From Alphaproteobacteria bacterium (GTDB taxonomy: Bacteria; Pseudomonadota; Alphaproteobacteria; MPNO01; UBA830), in contig OZ219790.1 of assembly GCA_964291215.2 (NCBI GenBank), positions 256,001-320,000 on the forward strand: a stretch of 64,000 nucleotides of DNA, given 5' to 3'. The notes beneath the pieces are model-generated. The model was not told where the DNA came from. It did no database searches and saw only the letters and a program-made list of their open reading frames with translations. Below are positions 1 through 9,794 of the stretch, in pieces; position 1 is the stretch's first letter, and the number at the start of each line of letters is the position of its first letter. A program made the translations under genes and the position numbers.

Positions 1-2
1 AA

Positions 3-71
3 GGTCGTGGGGCGCATGCGAAACCTCATCAGGTAAGGCAGGTCCGACAGATCATTCTGGAATACCGCTAG
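3..71 (+). CDS. hicA: 3' end of HicA-family toxin (partial, window edge)
   Basis: Frame from nt 3 reads GRGAHAKPHQVRQVRQIILEYR*, resembling the HicA C-terminal AKPYQVRQV motif; lies directly upstream of hicB. Confidence 0.7.
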   Translation, partial: GRGAHAKPHQVRQVRQIILEYR

Positions 72-84
72 GAGGGGACGACTG

Positions 85-297
85 ATGCATAAATACGAAA
101 TTATTCTCTACTGGAGCAGCGAAGAACGGGTATTCATCGCCGAGGCGCCCGAATTGCCCGGGCGCATGGCGTACGGTGACGATCAGGAAACCGCGCTGCG
201 TGATGTCAAGGACGCCATACAGTTGTGGATCGGGCGAGCGCAAGAGCTTGGCCGCGCCATCCCGCAGCCGAAGGGCGAGCGGCTGACGCTCGCGTGA
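85..297 (+). CDS. hicB: HicB-family antitoxin
   Basis: MHKYEIILYWSSEERVFIAEAPELPGRMAYGD...A...I..W...GRAIPQPKG is a typical short HicB; GGAGGGG RBS upstream. Confidence 0.9.
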   Translation: MHKYEIILYWSSEERVFIAEAPELPGRMAYGDDQETALRDVKDAIQLWIGRAQELGRAIPQPKGERLTLA

Positions 298-365
298 CCG
301 CAAGACGCTCGCAACCAAGACAAAATCGTCCGTCCGCCATTCCCGGACCGCCCTGGAGACACTGC

Positions 366-1994
366 ATGACTGCTGCGAGAAACATCCTGTTCATCATGTG
401 CGACCAGCTTCGCTGGGACTACCTGTCCTGCAACGGACACCCGTATCTCGAGACGCCCAACATCGACGGACTCGCCGCGAGGGGGGTGAACTTCAGGAAG
501 GCCTTCGTGCAGTCGCCGCTTTGTGGCCCGTCCCGCATGTCGTTCCTGACCGGTCGCTACATGTTCAGCCACGGAGCGACATGGAACGGCCTGCCGCTGT
601 CGGTGGGCCAGCCCAACATTGGCGACTGGCTGCGGCCCCACGGCCTCCGCTGCGCGCTGGTCGGCAAGACCCACATGTTTGGCGACCAAGAGGGCATGAA
701 GCGGCTCGGACTCGATCCGGTCTCGGAGCTCGGCATCCTGACCTCCGAGTGCGGCCTCGAGCCCGTCGAGCGCGACGACGGCCTGTGGCCGGACCGGATC
801 GTCGACTCCGACTACGCCTACAACCGCTATCTCCGTTCGAAGGGCTATGACGGCGACAACCCATGGCATAGCTGGGCCAACTCTGCGGAAGGGCCCGACG
901 GCAAAATTCTCTCGGGATGGTATCTGGAAAACAGTCATCTTCCGGCACGGGTACGGGAAGAGGATTCAGAAACCCCGTACATGACAGGCCGCGCCATCGA
1001 ATTCATGGAGGAGCAGGGCGACCGGCCGTTCCTGTTGCACCTCTCCTACATCAAGCCTCACTGGCCCTATATCGCTCCCGCCCCGTACCACGACATGTAC
1101 GGGCACAACCAGGTTCTGCCGGCGGTGCGCGCCGAATCGGAACGGATCGACCCGCATCCGGTGCTCGGGGCACACATGAAGCACGGGGAGAGCCGCAACT
1201 TTTCTGCTGACGGGGTGCGCGAGAACGTCATCCCAGCCTACATGGGACTGATCAAGCAGATTGACGATCAGATGGGAAGCCTGTTCGCCTGGATGGAAAA
1301 GAGCGGGCGCATGGAGGACACGATGATCGTGTTTACCTCCGATCACGGCGATTATCTCGGCGACCACTGGCTCGGCGAGAAAGAGATGATGCACGAGTGC
1401 TCGATCCGGGTGCCGATGATCATCTACGATCCCGACCCGGCCGCAGACGCGACCCGCGGCAACGTCAGCGAACTGTTCGTCGAATCGATAGACATGATCC
1501 CGACCTTTCTCGACCTCCTTGGCGGCTGGCATGACCTCGGGCATGTACTCGAGGGCCGCTCCCTTCTTCCGACCCTTCGCGGTCGCGAACAGGGTTCGTG
1601 GCGGGACGCGGTGTTTTCGGAGAGCGACTATGCCTTCAAGCCGGTCCGTGAATATCTCGGTCTCGATCCCGCAGACGCGCGCTGCTTCATGATCCGGACG
1701 GAACGCTGGAAGTACATTCTCTACGAGGGCTACCCGCCACAGCTCTTCGACCTCGAAAAAGATGCGGACGAGTTCCGCGATCTCGCTGGAGATCCGGCAC
1801 ATGCCGGAACCTGCGCCGACATGCGCGAGCGCCTGTTCACATGGCTGCGCAAGCGCCGCACGCGCATCACGGTCTCGGACGAGAGCGTGCGCCAGCGCAC
1901 GGGCACGTCTTTGCAAAGAGGGTTCATCATCGGCCAGTGGAGTCCGGACGAATTCGTCAAGGGCGATCCCGATTCGGGATACAGGGTGGCGTAA
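366..1994 (+). CDS. Sulfatase-family hydrolase (phosphonate monoester hydrolase-like)
   Basis: NILFIMCDQLR, CGPSR (CxPxR formylglycine motif), GKTH, TSDHGD; ATG 366 follows GGAGA. Confidence 0.9.
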   Translation: MTAARNILFIMCDQLRWDYLSCNGHPYLETPNIDGLAARGVNFRKAFVQSPLCGPSRMSFLTGRYMFSHGATWNGLPLSVGQPNIGDWLRPHGLRCALVGKTHMFGDQEGMKRLGLDPVSELGILTSECGLEPVERDDGLWPDRIVDSDYAYNRYLRSKGYDGDNPWHSWANSAEGPDGKILSGWYLENSHLPARVREEDSETPYMTGRAIEFMEEQGDRPFLLHLSYIKPHWPYIAPAPYHDMYGHNQVLPAVRAESERIDPHPVLGAHMKHGESRNFSADGVRENVIPAYMGLIKQIDDQMGSLFAWMEKSGRMEDTMIVFTSDHGDYLGDHWLGEKEMMHECSIRVPMIIYDPDPAADATRGNVSELFVESIDMIPTFLDLLGGWHDLGHVLEGRSLLPTLRGREQGSWRDAVFSESDYAFKPVREYLGLDPADARCFMIRTERWKYILYEGYPPQLFDLEKDADEFRDLAGDPAHAGTCADMRERLFTWLRKRRTRITVSDESVRQRTGTSLQRGFIIGQWSPDEFVKGDPDSGYRVA

Positions 1995-2057
1995 GGAATG
2001 CGAGCGGCGGCTCTTCTCGCAGAATCCGGCGCACCCGACTGATCGGAGAACGGCTGT

Positions 2058-2480
2058 CTACCGCTCAGCCGGTTCGTGGCTGATCATCCAGTTGATCCCG
2101 AACCGGTCCCTGCACATCCCGAAATAGGCACCCCAGAACATATCCTGCATCGACATCTTGACGGCGCCCCCCTCAGAAAGCTCCGCGAACACCTCGTCTG
2201 AACGCTCCCTGCTCTCGGCGCTGACTGAAATGGCGAAGTTCTCGCCTGCCGCCGGCGGCGGGCCCAATGCCGAGCAACTGTCGCTGCCCATCAGGACTGC
2301 GGATCCGACGGGCAACGAAACATACATGATCCGCTCCTTCTCGGCCTCCGGCACGTCTGTGCCGGGCGGCGCGTCCGCGTAGGTCCGGAGCATGAGGAAG
2401 TCACCGCCGAACACCGAACGGTAGTGCTCGAAGGCCTCCCGGCAGTTTTCTTCGAAGAAGAGATAGGTGTTGAGGGACAT
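2058..2480 (-). CDS. VOC/PhnB-family protein
   Basis: YLFF..NCREAFEHY.SVFGG ... DMFWGAYFGMCRDRFGINW. Confidence 0.9.
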   Translation of the reverse strand: MSLNTYLFFEENCREAFEHYRSVFGGDFLMLRTYADAPPGTDVPEAEKERIMYVSLPVGSAVLMGSDSCSALGPPPAAGENFAISVSAESRERSDEVFAELSEGGAVKMSMQDMFWGAYFGMCRDRFGINWMISHEPAER

Positions 2481-2843
2481 TCGCTTACTCCAGAAGGCCG
2501 GATTTCGGCCATTTCATGGTCACCCGCAACGGACATCGGTTCGCAAACGAGGTGCATCCCGCCGCCAACAGAACCGTGTCCGCGTCCGGCCGACTTCAGC
2601 CGCGAAGCCGCAAACTATCATCCACGGTGCGGGCCAGGAAGCTCTGCCGGAATTCCCAGACGGGCACCGGTTGCGGCGGCACGCGGTCTTCTCGTTTCTG
2701 CCAGCGCAGACCCCGGGATTCGCGCTTCGTGGCGAAATGGAGCCCCCGCGGCTTTCGGCTGACGCCGGCAGCTTGCCAGCAGCTTCACTTGCCTCGTCGT
2801 TTGCGCGATTATGCCTTGAGCAAACAGCTGTTGGAAAAATGCC

Positions 2844-5165
2844 ATGAAATTCGGAATCGGACAGCCCGTTCCGCGCACGGAAGATCCGAAGTTCCTCCGC
2901 GGCGAGGGCCAGTATGTCGACGACATCAGCATTCCCGGCCAGGCGGTCGGATACGTGCTGCGCTCTCCCCATGCCCACGCCAGAATCGCGAGGCTCGACG
3001 CCGCCCGTGCACGCGGGGCGCCCGGCGTCGCTGCGGTTCTCACCGGTGAGGACGCCGAGGCCGACGGCCTTGCCGATATCCATTGCCATGTTCCGCCGAT
3101 GGCCTTCGGCGGCCCCATGACCTTCACCCCGACGTTGCCCATACTTGCACGCGACCGCGTCCGCCATGTCGGCGACCCTGTCGCCTTCGTGGTGGCCGAT
3201 TCGCTCCCGGAAGCGCGCGACGCCGCGGAGTTGATTGAGATCGAATACGAGATCTTGTCTGCTGCCGCCTCGACGCGGGATGCGGTACGGGATGGTGCTC
3301 CGCTCGTTTGGGACGGATCGTCCGGCAACATCTGGTTCGAGATGGAGATGGGTGACCGCGACGCCGCCGACGCCGCATTCACGCGAGCAGCCCATATCGT
3401 GAAGGCGGATCTCCACAACAACCGCATTTCGGCAAACGCCATGGAGCCCCGCGCGTCGCTCGCGCAGTATCATCCGGCAAGCGCCAGTTTCACCATATGG
3501 ATGAGCAGCCAGGGAACGCATCAGCATCGCCCCGCCTTCGCCGAAATCTTCGGAATGCCGGCCGCCGCGTTCCGCATCATCGCCCCGGATGTCGGCGGCG
3601 GCTTCGGAATGAAAAACAACGTCTTTCCGGAGGATGCCCTGTGCGCCTGGGCGGCGCGGCGCCTGCGGCGGCCGGTGAGATGGACGGCGGACCGGTCCGA
3701 AGCGCTGGTGAGCGACACCCATGGCCGCGACGCCGAGTGCGCGGGGGAGATGGCGCTTGACGAGGACGGCCGCATCCTTGCGATCCGCGTCGCCGCCGAC
3801 TACGGCCTCGGCGCGTACCTGTCGGCGTCGGCTCCCGTCTCCGCCTGCATCGGTGCTCTGGTTTATCCGAACGTCTATGCCTACGAGGCGATGCATGTCC
3901 GCCTTCGCGCGGTATTCAGCCACACGACCTGGACGGGGCCCTATCGCGGCGCCGGCCGCCCCGAGGCCATCTATGTCGTCGAACGGCTGCTCGATCTTGC
4001 GGCCGCCGAGATGGGCATGGATCCGGTCGCGCTCCGCCAACGCAACTACGTCACTCCCGATCAGATGCCGTTCACGACCCATGCATCTACGGTCATCGAT
4101 TCGGGTGATTTTCCGGCGCTGACGACGCATGCCGCGAGCATCGCCGATCTCGACGGTTTCGAAGCTCGGCGCAGAGAATCGGCTGTTCGCGGCAGGCTAC
4201 GCGGGCTCGGCGTCTGCTCCTTTATCGATTTCGCCGCGCCGTTCAACGACCGCATGGAAATCCGCTTCGACGAGACCGGCAGCGTAACCGTCGTCGCTGG
4301 AACCCACAGCCATGGTCAGGGGCACCAGACCTCCTACGCGCAGATGATCCATTCGTGGCTCGGAGTGCCCTTCGAACGGATCCGCCTCGTGCAGGGGGAC
4401 AGCGATGCCGTAACCTACGGGCGCGGTACCTATGGCTCGCGCTCGATGACCATCGGCGGATCCGCCCTCAGGATCGCGTCGGACAGGATCATCGAGAAGG
4501 CGCGACGGCTCGCGGCGCACCTATTCGAGGCGGCGGAAGAAGACATCGAGTTCGCGGACGGCATGCTGACCGTCGCCGGCACCGACAAGTCGGCGCATAT
4601 CTGCGACATTGCCGATCACGCTTTCATGCCCATGGGACTCCCCGCCGCGCTTGGCGTCGGCCTGTCGGCCGAGGGTGAATGGACGCCGGAGACGGGGCCC
4701 AACTGGCCGAATGGCACCCATTTCTCGGAGGTCGAGATCGATCCCGAAACCGGCAGTGTCACCCTGGTACGTCATATCGCGGTCAACGATTCCGGCGAGG
4801 TCATCAACCCGCTGCTCCTCAGCGGACAGGTCCACGGGGGCGTGGCCCAGGGAGTCGGCCAAGCGCTCTGCGAGGACGTTACCTATGGCCCGGACGGCCA
4901 GATCCTGACCGGATCTTTCTTGGACTACGCCATGCTCCGGGCCGACGACCTGCCGATGATGGAGACGTTCGATTTCGTGGCGGCCTGCGTCACCAACCCG
5001 CTCGGCGTCAAGGGCGGTGGCGAATCAGGCACGGTGGGTGCGACTGCCGCCGTCGTCAACGCAATCGTGAACGCACTCGCTGACCACGGCGTCTCGGACA
5101 TCGAAATGCCGGCCACTTCCGAGCGCGTCTGGCAGGCAATCCAATCCGCTGGCGCGAACGCCTGA
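2844..5165 (+). CDS. Xanthine dehydrogenase/CoxL-family molybdopterin-binding large subunit
   Basis: GIGQPVPRTED, DVGGGFGMK, PYRGAGRPEA, HGQGHQT, GQVHGGVAQG, KGGGE motifs. Confidence 0.92.
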   Translation: MKFGIGQPVPRTEDPKFLRGEGQYVDDISIPGQAVGYVLRSPHAHARIARLDAARARGAPGVAAVLTGEDAEADGLADIHCHVPPMAFGGPMTFTPTLPILARDRVRHVGDPVAFVVADSLPEARDAAELIEIEYEILSAAASTRDAVRDGAPLVWDGSSGNIWFEMEMGDRDAADAAFTRAAHIVKADLHNNRISANAMEPRASLAQYHPASASFTIWMSSQGTHQHRPAFAEIFGMPAAAFRIIAPDVGGGFGMKNNVFPEDALCAWAARRLRRPVRWTADRSEALVSDTHGRDAECAGEMALDEDGRILAIRVAADYGLGAYLSASAPVSACIGALVYPNVYAYEAMHVRLRAVFSHTTWTGPYRGAGRPEAIYVVERLLDLAAAEMGMDPVALRQRNYVTPDQMPFTTHASTVIDSGDFPALTTHAASIADLDGFEARRRESAVRGRLRGLGVCSFIDFAAPFNDRMEIRFDETGSVTVVAGTHSHGQGHQTSYAQMIHSWLGVPFERIRLVQGDSDAVTYGRGTYGSRSMTIGGSALRIASDRIIEKARRLAAHLFEAAEEDIEFADGMLTVAGTDKSAHICDIADHAFMPMGLPAALGVGLSAEGEWTPETGPNWPNGTHFSEVEIDPETGSVTLVRHIAVNDSGEVINPLLLSGQVHGGVAQGVGQALCEDVTYGPDGQILTGSFLDYAMLRADDLPMMETFDFVAACVTNPLGVKGGGESGTVGATAAVVNAIVNALADHGVSDIEMPATSERVWQAIQSAGANA

Positions 5166-5192
5166 GGGGCTGGCAATACCCACCGCCTCCTC

Positions 5193-5729
5193 ATGCCGGA
5201 AAGCTCTCCGATACGGATCCGGCAGCATCCGGTACCGCTCGCGGCCGAGATGGGCCGGACGATTCTCGAGACCGCGCTGGCTGAGGCCGTGCCCTACCCC
5301 CATGGTTGCCGCTCCGGCAATTGCGGCGCCTGTAAATCCCGCCCCTGATTGCGGGCGAGATCGCTTGGCTCGATGAGGGCGAAACCGTCAGCCATCCCAT
5401 TCGGGTCATGATCTGCCGGGTGGCTGAAGCCGGATACATGACCCACGACATCAGGCAGATCCGCCTTGAGGTTACCCTATGTCTTCTCGGCCGGGCAATA
5501 CGCAAGGCTCGCTTTCCCGGACCTTCCGGCCCGCGACTACTCCATGGCGAACACACCCGCGAACCGCTGCTTGAATTTCACGTGAGGCATGTCCCGGGAG
5601 GGATATCCGGCAGCTACGCCTTCGAAAAGCTCTCGGTCGGTGAGGAAGTGCGGGTGGAAGGCCCGTTCGATTCCTCATGGCTTCGCGAAAACCACGAGGG
5701 GCCGATATTCTGCCTAGCTGGGGGGCGGC
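5193..5729 (+). pseudogene. 2Fe-2S ferredoxin-NAD(P)H reductase (oxygenase reductase-like), frameshifted and IS-truncated
   Basis: ILETALAEAVPYPHGCRSGNCGACKS, then a stop/frameshift; later LEFHVRHVPGG..VEGPF..LAGG; cut by the IS256 end at about 5730. Confidence 0.8.
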
Positions 5730-8262
5730 GGTACTGTAACTTGATGTCTGGAAATTTGTCTGAAGTTTGCGCCTTGAGGCGTTTCACTGGGGGGGGGGGG
5801 GGGCTAGTAGTCTGGCATTATTGGATTGAGGGATATAGTTACTTCAGTTTCGTCCGGGCATCCTTCGTCGTGAAACGCCAGTCGACAGTGACATCGGCCG
5901 CATTGCGGCGCTCGACCCACGCCACGGTCTCCCGCAGCATGGTGTCGCGGTCGGGAATGCGTCGCCGAAGGCATTGCCGCGACAGCGCGCCGATCTCGGC
6001 CATGTTGAGCCAGCTTCCGTGCTTCGGCGTATAGCGAAACTCGAACCGCTTTCGTACCCGCCTCGCCTCTTCGGGCTCGAAGGCTTCATACAGTGACTGT
6101 GCGTGTTCAGATTGTCCAGCACGATCTTCCTGTCGGGGAAATGGTCGTCGGCAAGCTCCCGGATGAAGTGCGCCCAGTCCCGCGGCGGTCGGTGACTTTC
6201 ACCGTGCGCCAGTTCTCGTTGGGCGCAAAGGCCATGAAAAGGTTGGCCGTGCCGTTGCGCTCATATTCATAGTCGACCACCTCCGGCTGACCGGGGGATG
6301 CGGGTTTCCTGCTGCCGGCTGGTCTCGCACACCAGCACCTCGTCCTTGGCAAAGTCCCGCTGATAAGTGTCAAGCACATCCGCCGCTACGAACTGTGCGC
6401 TCCGGTGCGGTGGAATGCACCAGTTCAGCCACGGCTTGATCTCTTTTTTTTAGCGTCTTCCTGACCGTCTCTTCTGAAATGCGCTCGACAATCTCCATCT
6501 CCACCAGACGGCCGGCAAGCAGCTTCAGCGTCCACAGCCCTCGGGCGGGGACGAACAGGGCGATCAGCTTCGCCTCCATCGCCCCGTCCAGCCGTTTTGG
6601 CCGGCGGTTCACCTGCTCCTTGCGGCTGAGGGCGGCGTCCAGCCCCTCCAGGACGCAGCGCTTGCGCAAGCGCTCAATCGTCGCCGTGCCGATGCCCAGC
6701 CCTTGCGCAATGTCGGCATCGACAAGCCGAGCGCCCCCTCGTCGGCCAGCATCAGGACCTGTACCCGGCGCCGACGCCAGGCGGCCCCGGTGCCGTCGAC
6801 GATCGCCTTCAAATCCTGGCGCTCCTGCGTTGAAAGGGTCACGCGGTAGAGCTTCCTGCCCCGAGAGTTGGCCATATGCGCCGCTCCTGTCATTGCGCCG
6901 AAGACCTGCGGGCATGCCCGTTGTCCGGACCTGCACATGGGGCTGCCTGCCTGTTCGGCATCTGTCCGTGTGGATATCGGCACTGTCCGGATTCCAACGA
7001 ACGCCGACACGGAAATACTACCCACAAAAAACCATCAATACAATGCCGGTGGACTACTAGCCCCCCAGTGAAACGCGGCACCATCGTGCTATCCCATGGA
7101 GTTGTAAAACATTCATGGAGGAAGCGAATGGACCTGCGACACACTACGACGATCGGGACTGTTTTGGAACATCTGATCGCAAACGGAGCAACGGATCTGG
7201 GGCGGATCTTTGGTCAGCTCTTCGAGCTTGCGATGCAAATCGAGCGCAAGCAGCACTTGAAAGCGGACCACTACGAACGGACACCGGAGCGACAGGACTA
7301 TGCCAACGGCTACAAGCGGATCGACACCCCCACTGTTACCGTTCAGGTGCCAAAGACGGCCGGTCACGGGGATAACCCGTTCTATCCCCGGTCGCTTGAA
7401 CGCGGCCAGCGATCTTCTCGCGCCGTAGCCGAGATGTACATCAAGGGTGTTTCCACACGGCAGGATGTAATGCGCGAGTTCGGGAGCCTGTCCTCTTCTC
7501 AGGTCAGCCGGGCCACCAGGTTGCTCGACGAAGAACTCGCCGCCTGGCGCAACCGGCCCCTTGGGCTGATGAAATACCTGATCCTGGATGCGCGCTATGA
7601 AAAAGCCCGCCATGACGGCGTTGTGCGCGATGTCGCGGTACTCTCGGCCATCGGAATAGGGGCTGCAGGCATGTTCTGGGGCTCTCTGTGGCGCTCTCCG
7701 AGGCCGAGGTCCATTGGAGAGCCTTCCTGGAAAGCTTGCAAGCCCGTGGCCTGCATGGTACGACCTTCATCGTCTCGGATGCTGGGCTGAAAGCGGCACG
7801 ACGCGCGGTGCAAGGCGCGGCGACGTGGCAGCGCTGCCAGTTCCACTTGGCACAAAACGCCGTGCACCGAACAACGACATCAGGAAACGTATTGGAAAAC
7901 AGCTCGGAGCCATGCCTCCTCACTCCAAACCGCCGAGGCCGAACTGGCCGCCCTCGTGGCCAGCTATCGCGACAAGCATCCAAGCTTCCTGGCTGGAAAA
8001 GAATGCGGGGCTCGCTGTCTTCACCTTGCCCGATGCTCACCGCAAACGTATGCGAACCTCGAACGGCATCGAGCGACCGATCCAGCAAGAGCTCAAGCGG
8101 CGCACCTCCAAAGTCAGGGTCTTTCCGAACCTCGCCTCGTTGGAGCGCCTCTCAACCGCGGTCCTCATCGACGAAAAATGGGAAACCGAAACCAAGGCAT
8201 ACATCAAATGGGAACAGCTCGATCAGCTTCACGACAATTTCCAGACATCAGGTTGCGTAATC
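5730..8262 (+). mobile_element. IS256-family element copy 1 (degenerate) with nested IS630
   Basis: Imperfect terminal IRs GGTACTGTAACTTGATGTCTGGAAATTTGTC / GACAATTTCCAGACATCAGGTTGCGTAATC; fragments EMYIKGVSTR, WQRCQFH, RTSNGIER, RVFPN. Confidence 0.9.
5804..7060 (-). mobile_element. IS630-family element (degenerate) inserted in IS256
   Basis: CTAG at both ends with TAGTAGTC IRs; DYEYERNGTANLF, LDNLNTH, YTPKHGSWLNMAE. Confidence 0.9.
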
Positions 8263-8305
8263 CGGAATAGAAAGTACAGAGCTTTTTCGGCAGCGAGAAA
8301 TAGCA

Positions 8306-9319
8306 ATGGCCAAGCAACTGCGGACAAGGAGGTACACGGCAACCCCAAGCCAAATCGAAGTGAATGTTCGTGCGATTCCACTTCTGCCGCAGGGGGGGTG
8401 GAAAATTTACAGCTTGGACGAATTTCCCATCGTGGGCACAGTCCCGAAAAATTATCTGGCCTACGGTAACCCAAGACTGCCGGGAATCTGTGGTTATATC
8501 GCGAAAAAAGGCCGAATGAAGGACGATGCACGAGAATGTGTCACCGAGGAGATCATTTCCAAAATCGGCGCGATATTGCCCTTAGAAATGGCACATTCAA
8601 AATTGGTACGTCTGTCCAAGTCAGATGTCCGATTCCTCTCCCGGAATTTCGTTAACCGCGGCCGGGAAGAATTGCTCCATGGCACTGAATTGGTAGCACG
8701 ATATTTTGGATCCAATCCCGATGAGGTGGAAACTGTTTTCAATTTGGAAGATAAGAAAGAGGAGAAAGAACTTTACACCGTAAATAACATGTTGACGGTA
8801 TTGAAGGACCTGTTCCCGGACGATGTTGGATATTTAAGAGAAGGCTTTTTCAAAATGATTGCATTTGATGCCTTTATAGGAGCGCCTGATCGCCATGCGA
8901 TGAATTGGGGAGTGCTTGCTCCGCTTGATCCTGCATCCGCACCAGTGCGTTTTTCGCCAATTTTTGATACTGCACGAGGGCTTTTTCGAGAGTGCACAGA
9001 TGCTGATCTGATGCAGAAGGAGCAGCGACAAGGCAGAAAAGAGTTTCTTGCGCACTATGCTGAGCGCTCACGGCCTATATTGAGCACTGGAAAATCGTCA
9101 AAAGAGAACCACTTTGCATTGGTAAAGTGGATTGTGGCGAACTCCGAAGATAGGGATCGCAAGGCCATGCGTACGGTATTCAATGCTGTCGATTTGTCCT
9201 CAATTGAGCATACACTCCAGCGCAATTTTCGGCGCATTATCACGCAATATCGAATGATGTTGATCAGAGACCTGCTTTCATTTCGGGTCGAACGCCTTCT
9301 AAGGGAGAGTAAAAAATGA
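8306..9319 (+). CDS. HipA-like (HipA_C/HipT-type) kinase
   Basis: YIAKK...E..TEEI, FDAFIGAPDRHAMNWG (DRHxxN catalytic loop), FSPIFD; visibly AT-richer than its flanks. Confidence 0.85.
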   Translation: MAKQLRTRRYTATPSQIEVNVRAIPLLPQGGWKIYSLDEFPIVGTVPKNYLAYGNPRLPGICGYIAKKGRMKDDARECVTEEIISKIGAILPLEMAHSKLVRLSKSDVRFLSRNFVNRGREELLHGTELVARYFGSNPDEVETVFNLEDKKEEKELYTVNNMLTVLKDLFPDDVGYLREGFFKMIAFDAFIGAPDRHAMNWGVLAPLDPASAPVRFSPIFDTARGLFRECTDADLMQKEQRQGRKEFLAHYAERSRPILSTGKSSKENHFALVKWIVANSEDRDRKAMRTVFNAVDLSSIEHTLQRNFRRIITQYRMMLIRDLLSFRVERLLRESKK

Positions 9320-9723
9320 AGAGAGAGTTTCTTGAAGTTCTTAGCCATGCCAAGGCGTGGGGAATGAGCCTGATCAATGCGTCTCCTACAGCACCGAAAG
9401 AACGAATATTGGAGGTTTATCGCCAAACTATGGTCAAACCGGTTTTAGTGGGGCGCCTTTCCTGTGAACAGGACGAGTACATATTCCGATACGAGCCTAG
9501 CTACACAGGAGAACCCATTTCAGCATTCCCAAGTAAGGGCCATGAATATCGCTCGAAATATCTTTGGCCGTTCTTCGCAATTCGTATTCCGCCGCTTGAT
9601 CGTGAAGATATGCGTAAGGAGATTGCCACCCGTGCCCTGAGAGAAGACCAAATCATCGAGATTCTCGGGTCCGTCGCCAAGGTTTCAGTCTCCAATCCTT
9701 ACGAGTTCAGGCTGGAGTCCTGA
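9316..9723 (+). CDS. HipA N-terminal-domain (HipS-like) protein
   Basis: VGRL....DEYIFRYEPSY...ISAFP....YRSKYLWPFFAIRIP; ATGA overlap with the kinase. Confidence 0.75.
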   Translation: MKREFLEVLSHAKAWGMSLINASPTAPKERILEVYRQTMVKPVLVGRLSCEQDEYIFRYEPSYTGEPISAFPSKGHEYRSKYLWPFFAIRIPPLDREDMRKEIATRALREDQIIEILGSVAKVSVSNPYEFRLES

Positions 9724-9794
9724 TTGCAGGGTTGACATCCCCGCTCACTACTTACCATTAAGCCATCATCTCACACGCAGACAGTTTCTCGGTT

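Noticed and set aside
2520-4130. Long antisense ORFs (also 966-1916, 15084-16271, 39194-40303, 62047-63420 and others)
   Set aside because: Shadow frames of well-supported genes in GC-rich DNA, with no recognisable motifs.
2844-5165. Aerobic CO dehydrogenase (form I coxL)
   Set aside because: Lacks the AYxCSFR motif, and no coxM/coxS is adjacent.
5789-5803. Long G run (and the C run at about 9864-9885) as a phase-variation tract or G-quadruplex
   Set aside because: Sister copies have about 6-7 G/C; the runs lie in mobile non-coding DNA and are probably homopolymer errors.
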